This document shows, in pieces, positions 1 to 9,928 of a DNA stretch of 64,000 nucleotides (position 1 is the first letter of the stretch; the number at the start of each line of letters is the position of its first letter). Source of the stretch: Bacteroidota bacterium (GTDB lineage Bacteria > Bacteroidota > Bacteroidia > Sphingobacteriales > Sphingobacteriaceae). A program made the translations under genes and the position numbers. The notes under the pieces are model-generated. The model was not told where the DNA came from. It saw only the letters and a list, made by a program, of their open reading frames with translations, and made no database searches. The DNA lies in the NCBI GenBank assembly GCA_040388395.1, contig JAZKBY010000014.1, positions 143,800-207,799 on the forward strand, written 5' to 3'.

Positions 1-1215
1 TCATCGGGGTATAAATTTGCTATTGCACACTGTAATTTTCAATTGCGGGGGGCCGAAGCCGATGCCGACCAGGCATTTTGCAAACAACTGGCACAACAAT
101 GCGGCGTGCCCTTTCACACTATAAACTTTGATACCCAAAACTATGCCACAACCAACAAAATATCTATCCAGATGGCAGCGCGCGACCTTAGGTATCAATG
201 GTTTGAGCAGATAAGGCAGCAACATAACTACACCGCCATTGCCCTTGCGCACCACCAAAACGACGCAATTGAAACAATATTGTTAAACCTGGTGCGCGGC
301 ACAGGTATTGCCGGCTTGCATGGTATTTTGCCAAAGAGCGGCTGGTTGGTGCGGCCAATGCTGTTCTTATCCCGCCAGGAAATAGAAAAATGGGTGGCTG
401 ATAATAAGTATCCATATGTTGAAGACAGCTCCAATGCTTCGGTAAAATATGCGCGTAATAAGTTAAGGCATGAGGTTATACCGATACTACGGGAGCTTAA
501 TCCGAGCCTTGAAAAAACGTTCGAGAATAACCTGCAACACTTCCGCGATCTTGAAAGTTTGCTGGATCTGCGCATCGCCGAATTAAAGACGCAATTATTT
601 ACCTATCGGGATGAGGATGTACTTATCTCAATTGATGTCGTGAAAGCGCTAAACCCGCAAAGGCTCTTGTTGTTTAAATTGCTGCAGGACTTCGGTTTTA
701 ATGAGACAGCTATTGATGATGTGATATCTGCATTAAATAAACATGCGGGTAGGGTATTTGAATCTGGGAATTTTAAGCTGATACTGGACAGGGATAATTT
801 AATCGTAGCGCCAAAAAACAGAGATGAACCGCAAGAGGTAAGTATTGCTATAGATGACCATACCATTAATTATGGCGATTATAAATTAACGGTTTTGCAT
901 GATGATACGCCATTGATTATAAAAGATAACCCATTAGCGGTTTCTGTTGATGCTGATAAACTGAGCTATCCCCTAAGCATTCGTGCATGGCAGCAAAGTG
1001 ATAGTTTCCGCCCATTGGGGATGAAAACAAAAAAGAAGCTCAGCGATTTTTTTATCAGCCTGAAAATACCACTGCACCAAAAAAGCCGGGTGCCGATATT
1101 AATAAACGGCAACGGCGAAATTATATGGGTGGGCGGTGCCCGGCTTGATGACAGATATAAAGTAACTAAAAACACCAAAAAAGTAACTATCTTCGAATTG
1201 TATAAAGTAAAATGA
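1..1215 (+). CDS. tilS: tRNA(Ile)-lysidine synthetase, 5' end outside the window
   Basis: Frame is open from base 1 (SSGYKFAIAHCNFQLRGAE), so the ORF-track start at 43 is not the true start. Motifs AHH.ND..ET...NL.RGTG..GL, RP.L and DSSN..Y.RN..R, plus C-terminal TilS_C (FRPLGM..KKKLSDFF). Confidence 0.95.
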   Translation, partial: SSGYKFAIAHCNFQLRGAEADADQAFCKQLAQQCGVPFHTINFDTQNYATTNKISIQMAARDLRYQWFEQIRQQHNYTAIALAHHQNDAIETILLNLVRGTGIAGLHGILPKSGWLVRPMLFLSRQEIEKWVADNKYPYVEDSSNASVKYARNKLRHEVIPILRELNPSLEKTFENNLQHFRDLESLLDLRIAELKTQLFTYRDEDVLISIDVVKALNPQRLLLFKLLQDFGFNETAIDDVISALNKHAGRVFESGNFKLILDRDNLIVAPKNRDEPQEVSIAIDDHTINYGDYKLTVLHDDTPLIIKDNPLAVSVDADKLSYPLSIRAWQQSDSFRPLGMKTKKKLSDFFISLKIPLHQKSRVPILINGNGEIIWVGGARLDDRYKVTKNTKKVTIFELYKVK

Positions 1216-1700
1216 GCCAGAAAGTAATTTTTACAGAGAAACAATACCTGGGGCGCGAGTTTATCCCGCTGTCTATACGTTTGGTATTGGCTATATTTTG
1301 TTTTGCTGCTTATGCTTTTACAGCAGTAGGCGACTCAAACGGCGATTTGCTGGCTGTAGTAGGTTTCGCTATCTTGATCATTTCTATAATCATGGGCTTC
1401 CTGGTACACTTTAAAACCAGGGTAGAGAATAAGAGCATTATATTAAATGGCTTATGGACAAGCCGCCTGGTTAAAATAGATTTGAACAGCATCGCAAAAG
1501 CCGAAGTTGGGCCTTATAGCAAATACCTGGTTAATAACCCGGTATATAACCTGCACAGCAAAGGCACCATTCGTTTTTTTGCGGCAGGCCGGGACGCTGT
1601 ACACCTTACAGACAGGGACGGGTTGGTTTATATCATTGGCTCGCACCATCCTAATGAATTTTTAAGAGCTATAAAAGCCGAAATGGGCGGGAAATTATAG
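1212..1700 (+). CDS. Hypothetical membrane protein (2 TM plus small soluble domain)
   Basis: 162-aa ORF overlapping the tilS stop (ATGA); two N-terminal hydrophobic helices. Confidence 0.75.
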   Translation: MSQKVIFTEKQYLGREFIPLSIRLVLAIFCFAAYAFTAVGDSNGDLLAVVGFAILIISIIMGFLVHFKTRVENKSIILNGLWTSRLVKIDLNSIAKAEVGPYSKYLVNNPVYNLHSKGTIRFFAAGRDAVHLTDRDGLVYIIGSHHPNEFLRAIKAEMGGKL

Positions 1701-1751
1701 CGCATAAATATGCGTAGCAGGTAGTTGCAATAGCGCCTTATTTCTATATCC

Positions 1752-3074
1752 ATGATTATTAATAAATTTATTAAGAGAACATTTCTTACGCTTGCCTTTG
1801 GCATGGGCTGTATGTTTAATGCATTAGCTACGCAAAATCGAACAGATACTGCTGCTGTGGTTGTGCCGCTTGGCGGTAACGCCTTTGTAACCGGGCAGGC
1901 TAAAGCTGTGATAAATGAACGGGGGCTTAGCAACTGGACTAATAGCGAAGATGTCGTAACCGTTTACGTTCGGCCCGAAAAGGCAGGCAGCTTACTCATC
2001 GCTTTTAAAATGCGTGTGCCATCCGGCGAAAGCAAAATAAGCGTTAAGGCGGCTGGGCATACACTTACTAAAACAGTAGCGGCGTCTGGATATAATGTTG
2101 TATTTTTTGGTGAGATAAAAATAGACAAGCCGGGCTATTTAAAAATAGAACTACAAGGCCTGTCGAAAACCGGAGACGTTTTTGCCGACATAGACGATAT
2201 GATATTAATAGGCACAGCGCTTAAAGACGGCGCGGCTTATGTAAAAGATAACAAGGGTAATTTTTTTTACTGGGGACACCGCGGCCCGTCTGTGCACCTC
2301 AATTATACAGTGCCCGATGCCGTTAAAAACACCACCGAATGGTACTATAACGAAGTAACCGTGCCCGCTGGCAAGGATATTATTGGCTCTTATTTTATGG
2401 TTGACGGATTTACAGGCGGCTATTTTGGGATGCAGGTGAACTCGGCCGATACCCGGCATGTATTGTTTTCGGTTTGGAGCCCTTATACTACCGATGATCC
2501 GAAAACGATCCCCGAAAGCATGAAGGTAAAATTGCTTAAAAAAGGCGCTAATGTACACGGCGGCGAGTTTGGCGGCGAAGGCTCGGGCGGGCAGAGTTAT
2601 ATGAATTTCCCCTGGGTGGCCGGCAAAACCTATTGCTTTTTATTGCATGCACAAGGTGATATAGCAGCCGAAACAACCATCTACACCGCTTATTTTAAAC
2701 CTGCCGGCAAGGCCGAATGGCAACTGGTAGCCAGCTTTAAACGCCCGCAGTCAGGCTCATATTTAAAGGGTTTACATTCATTCCTTGAAAACTTCGACCC
2801 AAAAATGGGTGATAAAAACCGCCAGGTGTTTTTTGGCAACCAATGGGTAGTTGATACGGATGGCAAATGGTATCCGCTAAATGAAGCACTTTTTACCGGT
2901 GATAACACAGCCAAAGTAAATTACCGGAAAGACTATGCAGGCGGTGTGCAAGGCGACCAGTTTTACCTGCGTAATTGCGGTTTCTTTGATGATTTTACAA
3001 CGCTTAAAACACCGTTGAAGAAAGAAGCATCAGCAAAGTCACATCCGCAAATAGACTTTAATAAACTCCCCTAA
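1752..3074 (+). CDS. Secreted DUF5077/DUF3472-type protein
   Basis: Signal peptide; RGPSVHL, YFGMQVNS...VLFSVWS, FGGEGSGGQS and SFLENF motifs typical of DUF3472. Confidence 0.8.
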   Translation: MIINKFIKRTFLTLAFGMGCMFNALATQNRTDTAAVVVPLGGNAFVTGQAKAVINERGLSNWTNSEDVVTVYVRPEKAGSLLIAFKMRVPSGESKISVKAAGHTLTKTVAASGYNVVFFGEIKIDKPGYLKIELQGLSKTGDVFADIDDMILIGTALKDGAAYVKDNKGNFFYWGHRGPSVHLNYTVPDAVKNTTEWYYNEVTVPAGKDIIGSYFMVDGFTGGYFGMQVNSADTRHVLFSVWSPYTTDDPKTIPESMKVKLLKKGANVHGGEFGGEGSGGQSYMNFPWVAGKTYCFLLHAQGDIAAETTIYTAYFKPAGKAEWQLVASFKRPQSGSYLKGLHSFLENFDPKMGDKNRQVFFGNQWVVDTDGKWYPLNEALFTGDNTAKVNYRKDYAGGVQGDQFYLRNCGFFDDFTTLKTPLKKEASAKSHPQIDFNKLP

Positions 3075-3075
3075 A

Positions 3076-3109
3076 CAAAAAAAGGAAACCTGTAAGGTCT
3101 CCTTTTTTA
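3076..3109. terminator. Bidirectional intrinsic terminator between convergent genes
   Basis: aaaggaaacc-tgtaa-ggtctccttt hairpin flanked by A and T tracts. Confidence 0.6.
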
Positions 3110-3143
3110 TTAGCATTACTGCTACTAAATACTGCAACTACCA

Positions 3144-4109
3144 CTATTTTTTAAGTCCAATTTCGCGCAGGCGCTCATCTAAGTATTCGCCGGCCGTGGT
3201 ATCAGTATATAGTTTTGGATGCTCCGCGTCAACCGTTGATGGCAACGAGGTTAGATCCATATTAGATACCGGGTGTAAAAAGAACGGTACTGAGTAGCGT
3301 GAGTTTTTCATCAGTTCGCGCGGTGGGTTAACCACACGGTGCGTGGTTGATTTTAGCTTGTTATTGGTTAAGCGCTGCAACATATCGCCTACATTAACAA
3401 CCAAATCCTCGCCATGCGCTTTAACAGGGTACCAACTACCGGTACGGGTTAGTACTTCTAATCCATCTGCACTGGCGCCTATCAGTAAAGTAATCAGGTT
3501 AATATCCTCATGTGCCCCGGCGCGTACTGCGTCAGCGGGTACAGCATCCGGGTTTTCGATAGGGAAGTAATGCAGTGTACGCAATATCGAGTTGCCATTA
3601 TTTACTTTGTTATCAAAATAATGCTCATCAAGGCCAAGGTAAATTGCAATGGCTTGCAATAATTGTTTGCCAATGCTTTCCAGCTTTTTGTAGATCTCTA
3701 AAGTAGTTGGGTTAAAAGCTGGTAACTCTTTTACCACCAGGTTTTCCGGATATTCAGCTTTAAGCGCGTCGTCGCCTTCAACCGTTTGGCCAATCTGCCA
3801 AAATTCTTTCAAGTCGGGTGTTTTAAAACCTTTGGCGGTTTCTTTGCCTTTACCGGTATAACCGCGCTGGCCCGCAAGCTCTTCTATTTCGTAGCTTGAT
3901 TTTATGCTATCCGGCAATGCAAAAAGGGCTTTAACCTGTGCATATAATTCGTCAATCAGCTCTTTGCTTAAACCGTGGTTAGTAATGGTAACAAAACCGG
4001 TTTCGTTAAAAGCCTTGCCAATATCGTCCGAAAATTGTTTGCGCTCGGCTTCGGTACCGTTAGTATAGGTATTCAAGTCAAGGCGTGGAATATTTACTTC
4101 TGTGCTCAT
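3144..4109 (-). CDS. Isopenicillin N synthase-family 2OG-Fe(II) oxygenase
   Basis: GF..I.NHG, HxD (AHEDINLITLL), STTHRVV and RYS.PFF motifs. Confidence 0.9.
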   Translation of the reverse strand: MSTEVNIPRLDLNTYTNGTEAERKQFSDDIGKAFNETGFVTITNHGLSKELIDELYAQVKALFALPDSIKSSYEIEELAGQRGYTGKGKETAKGFKTPDLKEFWQIGQTVEGDDALKAEYPENLVVKELPAFNPTTLEIYKKLESIGKQLLQAIAIYLGLDEHYFDNKVNNGNSILRTLHYFPIENPDAVPADAVRAGAHEDINLITLLIGASADGLEVLTRTGSWYPVKAHGEDLVVNVGDMLQRLTNNKLKSTTHRVVNPPRELMKNSRYSVPFFLHPVSNMDLTSLPSTVDAEHPKLYTDTTAGEYLDERLREIGLKK

Positions 4110-4276
4110 AGTATATCAAATAATAAAGGGTAAAATTATTAATTATAAATAGAAAACCAGCTATGGTAAACTTAGCTAACTAAAGATATTAAAACAATTA
4201 ACGGGCTAAACGTTTTATAGTTTGTTATGTCAATATATAAAACAGCCTGAAAAATTGCTGTTTAAACTATAAAGCT

Positions 4277-6055
4277 ATGAAAATCTTAAATAAAATATGG
4301 GGTGTTAGCCTTTTGGCGTTGTTGCTGATAGTAGCCGCCCCGCATAAAAGCATTGCGCAGAACGAATATATTTCTGAACAGGATTTTTATGATGAACTGG
4401 CACCTTACGGTACCTGGATTAGCGACCCGCAATATGGCGATGTTTGGATCCCGGATGTTGCCGAAGATTTTAGGCCCTACCAAACCCGGGGCCACTGGGT
4501 ATTAACAGAATATGGCAATACCTGGGTGTCAGGATATCCATGGGGATGGGCAACTTTCCACTACGGACGCTGGCGCTATGACGATTTTTACGGATGGGAA
4601 TGGATCCCGGGTTATGAATGGGCACCTGCATGGGTTAGCTGGCGCCATGGCGGCGGTTATTACGGCTGGGCACCCTTAACGCCGGGTATAAGTATCAGCC
4701 TGTCATTTGGCAGCAGTTACCGCGTGCCTGACGCTTACTGGGCATTTGCTCCCGAGGCATATATCAATCGCCCTAATATTTATAATTATTACGTGCCGCA
4801 TACCAGGGTAGTTAATATTATCCGCAATACAACGGTAATAAATAATACTTATAGCAATGGCGGGCGCCGGTATATTGCCGGCCCCCGGGCTGCAGATATC
4901 CAGCGTTATACGCACCAGCGTCCACGGGTTTATGCTATAAACAATGCCGCAAGGCCGGGCGCTATGAATGTGCAAAATAATACTGTTAACATATTTAGGC
5001 CGGCAGTTAAACGCACGGGGGATGCACGCCCGCAAAGAGTGGTTGACGCTAACGCATATAAACAACAAAACCCCAACCAGGGTATTGCGCGTCGCGGACC
5101 GGGTGGTGCTGCAGGGTTTAACCATGACAATGCAGCAAAACTGGCCAATGTAGCCCGTAACGCCAATGATAATAACAATGTAGTGCGTGTAAACAACAGG
5201 CCAAATAATGATCAGCAAGGACGCAGGCCCGATCAACAAGGAGATCGTCGCCCGGATCACCAGGGCAATAGAAGGCCTGATCAACAGGTTAACAGGCCTA
5301 ATCAACCCCAGCCTAACCAGACACCGCCTGTGCAAACACAACCTGCTCAGCAGCCTGTATTTAATCGTGGTGGCGGGCGTAATGGTAATGATAATCGCCC
5401 TACTCCAACGCAACAAAATAACGACTTGCAGAACAAGCAACAGCAGATAAATAATGAGCAGCGTACTTTGCGCGAGCAGAGACGCCAGCAATATCAGCGC
5501 GAGCAGCAGTTGCAAAGTGTGGGGCAAACTCAACAAGCGCCTGCAATTAATGGCCAGACACCCATACAGCAACAACAAATGGCTATAAGGGATCAGCAGC
5601 GCCAATTACGCGAACAGCAAAGGCAACAGGCGCAGCAGCAACAAACGCAGCGCGACCAGCAACGTGCCCAACAACAGCAGCAGGCTCAACAAGTTCAGCA
5701 ACAACAGGCGCAAAAAGAACAGCAAAGACAGGCTCAGCAGCAAGCGCAACAACAAGCGCAGCAGCGCGGGCAGGCCCAACAGCAGCAGCAGGAGCAACAA
5801 CGTGCGCAACGCGACCAGCAAAGGCAACAAGCCCAACAGCAAGCGCAACAGGCCCAACAGCAACAGGCACAGCAGCGCGAGCAACAAAGGCAGGCGCAAC
5901 AGGCCGCTCAGCAACAACAGCAGGCCCAGCGCCAGCAGCAACAAGCTGCGCAACAGGCTCAGCAACAACAGCGTGGCCAACAACAGCAGCCGCAACAACA
6001 ACAAAGGCAGGAGCAACGCAGGCCGCCACAGCGGGTGAAGCCTGTTAATCAATAA
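4277..6055 (+). CDS. DUF6600-like secreted protein with W/Y-rich N-domain and Gln-rich low-complexity tail
   Basis: Signal peptide; FYDELAPYGTW, PWGWATFHYGRW and WAPAWVSW motifs; C-terminal ~200 aa of Q/R/A repeats. Confidence 0.8.
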   Translation: MKILNKIWGVSLLALLLIVAAPHKSIAQNEYISEQDFYDELAPYGTWISDPQYGDVWIPDVAEDFRPYQTRGHWVLTEYGNTWVSGYPWGWATFHYGRWRYDDFYGWEWIPGYEWAPAWVSWRHGGGYYGWAPLTPGISISLSFGSSYRVPDAYWAFAPEAYINRPNIYNYYVPHTRVVNIIRNTTVINNTYSNGGRRYIAGPRAADIQRYTHQRPRVYAINNAARPGAMNVQNNTVNIFRPAVKRTGDARPQRVVDANAYKQQNPNQGIARRGPGGAAGFNHDNAAKLANVARNANDNNNVVRVNNRPNNDQQGRRPDQQGDRRPDHQGNRRPDQQVNRPNQPQPNQTPPVQTQPAQQPVFNRGGGRNGNDNRPTPTQQNNDLQNKQQQINNEQRTLREQRRQQYQREQQLQSVGQTQQAPAINGQTPIQQQQMAIRDQQRQLREQQRQQAQQQQTQRDQQRAQQQQQAQQVQQQQAQKEQQRQAQQQAQQQAQQRGQAQQQQQEQQRAQRDQQRQQAQQQAQQAQQQQAQQREQQRQAQQAAQQQQQAQRQQQQAAQQAQQQQRGQQQQPQQQQRQEQRRPPQRVKPVNQ

Positions 6056-6072
6056 CCTGATTTAATTGCGCA

Positions 6073-6110
6073 ACAAAAGCCGTCCCGATATTTATCGGGA
6101 CGGCTTTTGT
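6073..6110 (+). terminator. Intrinsic terminator of the DUF6600 gene
   Basis: acaaaagccgtcccgata-tt-tatcgggacggcttttgt perfect stem. Confidence 0.8.
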
Positions 6111-6683
6111 TTTAGATAGAATAATTAAAATCGAAATAAGTGGCCATTAATTTCACAAAAAAGCCTGCCCCTGGTAACAGGATGCAGGCCCTCACATTTA
6201 ACCGATCAACAACAAACGATTAAAGATCTTTATTGTAATGTATTACCTCTGATAATTATCATTAAGGGTTATACTACAAGTGAAATATAATTTTATTTTT
6301 ATACCTGTTTTACCGGTACGGCGCTGTTTAAGTTTAAATAAAGGCCGATCCCCCAAGGACCAGCCTTTTCCTACTATTGTAAAAGTCTTTATTAACCGCT
6401 GGTTTGATTCAGCAGGGGTAAAGGGTCAGCACTTACAAATAATGCACGTATGTTAGTGTTGTTGTAGCAATCAATCAAATCTAATAATGTGTGCTTGTAA
6501 GGCTGGCCCAATAAAGACTGCATGAGGCTTAATTAAATTATTGAGTGCCATACTGCTTATAAAAAGCAATAGTAAAATTGAGGTAAGTATCCGTAGGCGT
6601 AACTATAGCTACATGCATTAAGCAGGCAGTTATTATCAATATTATTGACGGGTTTTAGCTAAGCTACAGATACCTTATTGGTA

Positions 6684-7049
6684 CTACCAAAAGGCATGGA
6701 AAGGAAACAGAAAGTCTGCGTTTCGAAGCGTATATCTGTGGTCGTTATATCCGGAGAAAAAATTAAAACACTTTACACAAGTGGTTATGGTTTGCGGCAA
6801 TAAATAGGCCGAAAAAACAGGATTGCTGGTTTTATGAACCTGGCGGATAGCCTCCTGGTTGCCTGCTAAAAGATTAAACTTTATAAGCGGGCTAACTGGT
6901 GCACTGTCGTTCCTGAAAGCTTTTGATACAGTAGAGTTTTTATTGTCTTTATAGGCAGGCGCATTTGATTTGCCCTGGCTGGCAAAAAACACGCAGCACA
7001 AAAGCAGTAATACAAATGATCTTAAAAAATGGCTTGCCTTAAACTCCAT
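6684..7049 (-). CDS. Hypothetical protein with N-terminal hydrophobic segment
   Basis: 121-aa ORF; no recognisable family. Confidence 0.55.
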   Translation of the reverse strand: MEFKASHFLRSFVLLLLCCVFFASQGKSNAPAYKDNKNSTVSKAFRNDSAPVSPLIKFNLLAGNQEAIRQVHKTSNPVFSAYLLPQTITTCVKCFNFFSGYNDHRYTLRNADFLFPFHAFW

Positions 7050-7094
7050 TAAAACTATATTCTATATATAAATGTAGGAAAATTATTATTTAAA

Positions 7095-7289
7095 TCATGA
7101 AAAATCTTCTTTTTTTCCTTGTTTATTAGCAATTTCCTCAATTTCGCCGTCCTCATTAATACCGTAGCTGGTACTGATGGTGGCTTTGTCGGGGCGCTTA
7201 TATTTTGGCTTTTTCTTTCTTAACGGAACTGCCACCGACAGTATCAAAAAACAAAACAGCGCAACTATTTCAAGTATTGTTATTGCCAT
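7095..7289 (-). CDS. Small single-pass membrane protein
   Basis: 64 aa; N-terminal TM, basic patch, acidic tail ending YGINEDG.IEEI. Confidence 0.6.
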   Translation of the reverse strand: MAITILEIVALFCFLILSVAVPLRKKKPKYKRPDKATISTSYGINEDGEIEEIANKQGKKEDFS

Positions 7290-7369
7290 GAGCCCTCCTT
7301 TTTATCAATGAAACAAATTAGGAACAATAGTTCTGTAAAAGGGGTAGCTGCTATAGCAATATATTAAAT

Positions 7370-7401
7370 ATGGCCGGCTACCAAACAGTAACCGGCCATA
7401 A
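7370..7401 (-). terminator. Terminator downstream of amt
   Basis: tatggccgg-...-ccggccata inverted repeat in AT-rich context. Confidence 0.55.
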
Positions 7402-7415
7402 ATATTAATATGCTA

Positions 7416-8723
7416 TTAAAGCTCTTCGTCGTGCTGGCTAACGTCTAAGCCTGCAAGCTCTTCTTCTGGCGTTACACGTAGCGGGCTAATTAAGTCTGTA
7501 ATTTTTAACAGTAAAAATGCACCAAAAAATGCAAATGCCGATACAGCAACCAATGCTACCAGGTGTTTAACAAATAAGCTGGTTTCGCCGTAGAATAAAC
7601 CTTCGCCACCTGCGCCGTTAACGGCCTTTGTAGCAAATATACCGGTCATTAACATACCAACCATACCGCCTACACCATGGCAAGGGAATACGTCAAGTGT
7701 ATCATCGATATTGGTTTTGCTTCTCCAGATAACTACAAGGTTACTTACCACTGCGGCAACTATGCCTATAATTAATGAGCTTGATACAGTTACGTAGCCG
7801 GCAGCAGGAGTGATAGCCACCAAACCTACAACCGCGCCGATACAAGCACCTAACGCAGATGGTTTTTTACCACGTAAGATATCAAAGAAGATCCATGACA
7901 TTGCGGCAGCAGCCGAAGCTGTAGTTGTTGTAGCTAATGCTGTAGCAGCAAGTTCGCCTGAAGCTAATGCAGAACCTGCGTTAAAGCCGAACCAGCCAAA
8001 CCATAGTAAACCTGTACCTAATATTACGTAGCTGATACGGGCCGGAGTGTGTGCTTCTTCGGCACCGGTACGTTTTTTAAGATATAAGGCTGATGCCAAA
8101 GCTGCCCAACCTGCAGACATGTGTACCACAGTACCGCCTGCAAAATCTAATACACCATATTTAAAGAAGATACCTTCGGGATGCCAGGTTGCGTGTGCAA
8201 GAGGGATGTAGATAACAATGATAAACAGGGTAATGAAAATTAGGTAAGAGTTGAAGCGGATACGCTCTGCAAATGCACCGGTAATTAACGCCGGTGTAAT
8301 AACCGCGAATTTTAACTGGAACATAGCGAACAATATTACCGGGATGGTACCACCTAACCAGGCAACGCCTAATGTGTTTTGCATCATAAAGAATGAGCCG
8401 GGGTTACCGATGATACCGTAGCCGCCAACATCTGTACCGAAAGCCATGCTAAAGCCAAATACTACCCAGATGATAGTGATCAAACCCATACAAACAAAGC
8501 TTTGCAGCATGGTAGAGATAACGTTTTTCTTCCTAACCATACCGCCGTAGAAGAAGGCAAGGCCCGGGGTCATTAATAATACAAGGGCTGTAGAGATTAG
8601 CATCCAGGCAATGTCTGCGCCGTTGTAAGTAGCTGCAGCAGGCGTCGCAGCTTTGTTACCCGGGAACGCGAACGCCAGGATAACAACAATAATTAAAATG
8701 CCAAATGGTACAAATTTTTTCAT
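7416..8723 (-). CDS. amt: Ammonium transporter (Amt/AmtB)
   Basis: LVLLMTPGLAFFYGG, FQ..FA.ITPAL..GA.AER, DFAGG.VVH, LLWFGWFGFNAGS and DD.LDVF..HG motifs. Confidence 0.97.
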   Translation of the reverse strand: MKKFVPFGILIIVVILAFAFPGNKAATPAAATYNGADIAWMLISTALVLLMTPGLAFFYGGMVRKKNVISTMLQSFVCMGLITIIWVVFGFSMAFGTDVGGYGIIGNPGSFFMMQNTLGVAWLGGTIPVILFAMFQLKFAVITPALITGAFAERIRFNSYLIFITLFIIVIYIPLAHATWHPEGIFFKYGVLDFAGGTVVHMSAGWAALASALYLKKRTGAEEAHTPARISYVILGTGLLWFGWFGFNAGSALASGELAATALATTTTASAAAAMSWIFFDILRGKKPSALGACIGAVVGLVAITPAAGYVTVSSSLIIGIVAAVVSNLVVIWRSKTNIDDTLDVFPCHGVGGMVGMLMTGIFATKAVNGAGGEGLFYGETSLFVKHLVALVAVSAFAFFGAFLLLKITDLISPLRVTPEEELAGLDVSQHDEEL

Positions 8724-8744
8724 GTTGAAAATTGTTAAAAGTGA

Positions 8745-8924
8745 TTAATAATATAGTGTAGGGAATGAAATGCGATTTGGGATAAGCACATAGGAATCCC
8801 TGCGGCTGTTGCCGGCATTAAATGCTAAAGCAGAAAATTGTGCAAATAAAGTTGCAAGCACTGTAAGTGCTGCAAAGGGCAACAGGCCCGATAACGGGTG
8901 TTGAAGAATGTTTGTAAAAATCAT
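8745..8924 (-). CDS. Small 59-aa ORF upstream of amt (below the ORF-track cutoff)
   Basis: Manual translation MIFTNILQHPLSGLLPFAALTVLATLFAQFSALAFNAGNSRRDSYVLIPNRISFPTLYY*; A-rich upstream (aacctaaaaact-ATG); stop 21 nt before the amt ATG. Confidence 0.5.
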   Translation of the reverse strand: MIFTNILQHPLSGLLPFAALTVLATLFAQFSALAFNAGNSRRDSYVLIPNRISFPTLYY

Positions 8925-9272
8925 AGTTTTTAGGTTAAGTAATAAATTCTATAATTCTATGTAGGGTTTACATGAATTATTTAACAGAATATTAAAAAAT
9001 CTATAAAGAACGCTACGATTTGATTGATTGCTTTTGCTAAATTAATAATACATTTTAATTTTCCTATACAATTTAACAAAAAAATAGCAAAAAAACTTAA
9101 AATGTTATTTTTTTAAGCTGATTTATCATAAAATATCATAAAAACTAAAAAATTATATCATTTTTATTTCAATTGTTTAGACAATATCAACTGTTTTCCT
9201 AAATAATGAGGTATCAATGATATTATATAACTACAATAATGCTTGGTATGCTAAAAGTTAACCGGCGGAAAC

Positions 9273-9298
9273 AAAAAAAGCCGCAATTCGCGGCTTTT
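9273..9298 (-). terminator. Terminator after lspA
   Basis: aaaaaagccgc-aattc-gcggctttt. Confidence 0.65.
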
Positions 9299-9322
9299 AA
9301 TATATTTATGCAGAAAAATAGA

Positions 9323-9928
9323 CTAATCCTCTACCATTTCGCTGTTTGGAGCGCTTTCTTCTACGGTTTCTTGTTTAAAATAGTGTTTTTGGAAAATCAG
9401 GATCAAAATAACGCCTACAGAGATAGAGGCGTCGGCCAGGTTAAACACCGGGCGGAAAAATATATAATCCTGCCCACCCCACAGCGGTACCCAGTTAGGG
9501 AACACACCTGATATCAGCGGGAAATAAAACATATCAACCACACGGCCATGAAATAACGGAGCATAGTGATATATCACACCATAAAAAGTAGAGTCGATAA
9601 TATTACCAACGGCGCCGGCTAATATTAGCGCGCCGTTCATTATTAAACCGCGATGGTATTTATGTTTAATTAAATAAACAATACCCCAGGCAATAACAAT
9701 CACCGCCACAATGCGGAACAAGGTTAAAGCCAGTTTACCCCAGTCGCCACCCAGCTCCATGCCAAAGGCCATGCCGTTGTTTTCGGTATAGTGCAGCATG
9801 CCGCGGTCGCCCAGGAATTTAATTTCCTCGCCCTGGTACATATGGGTATGCACCCAGATTTTAATAAACTGGTCGGCAATAATTATTAATAAAGCAGTTA
9901 AAAAGGGTTTGATATAAACAGCCTTCAT
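9323..9928 (-). CDS. lspA: Lipoprotein signal peptidase II
   Basis: DQ..K, EN.GMAFG, GA.GN.IDS, G.VVDM and PVFN.AD motifs. Confidence 0.95.
   Translation of the reverse strand: MKAVYIKPFLTALLIIIADQFIKIWVHTHMYQGEEIKFLGDRGMLHYTENNGMAFGMELGGDWGKLALTLFRIVAVIVIAWGIVYLIKHKYHRGLIMNGALILAGAVGNIIDSTFYGVIYHYAPLFHGRVVDMFYFPLISGVFPNWVPLWGGQDYIFFRPVFNLADASISVGVILILIFQKHYFKQETVEESAPNSEMVED

Noticed and set aside
4703-6052. Long antisense and alternate-frame ORFs over the Gln-rich gene
   Set aside because: Leu-rich or Ala/Val-rich shadows of CAG/CAA repeats.
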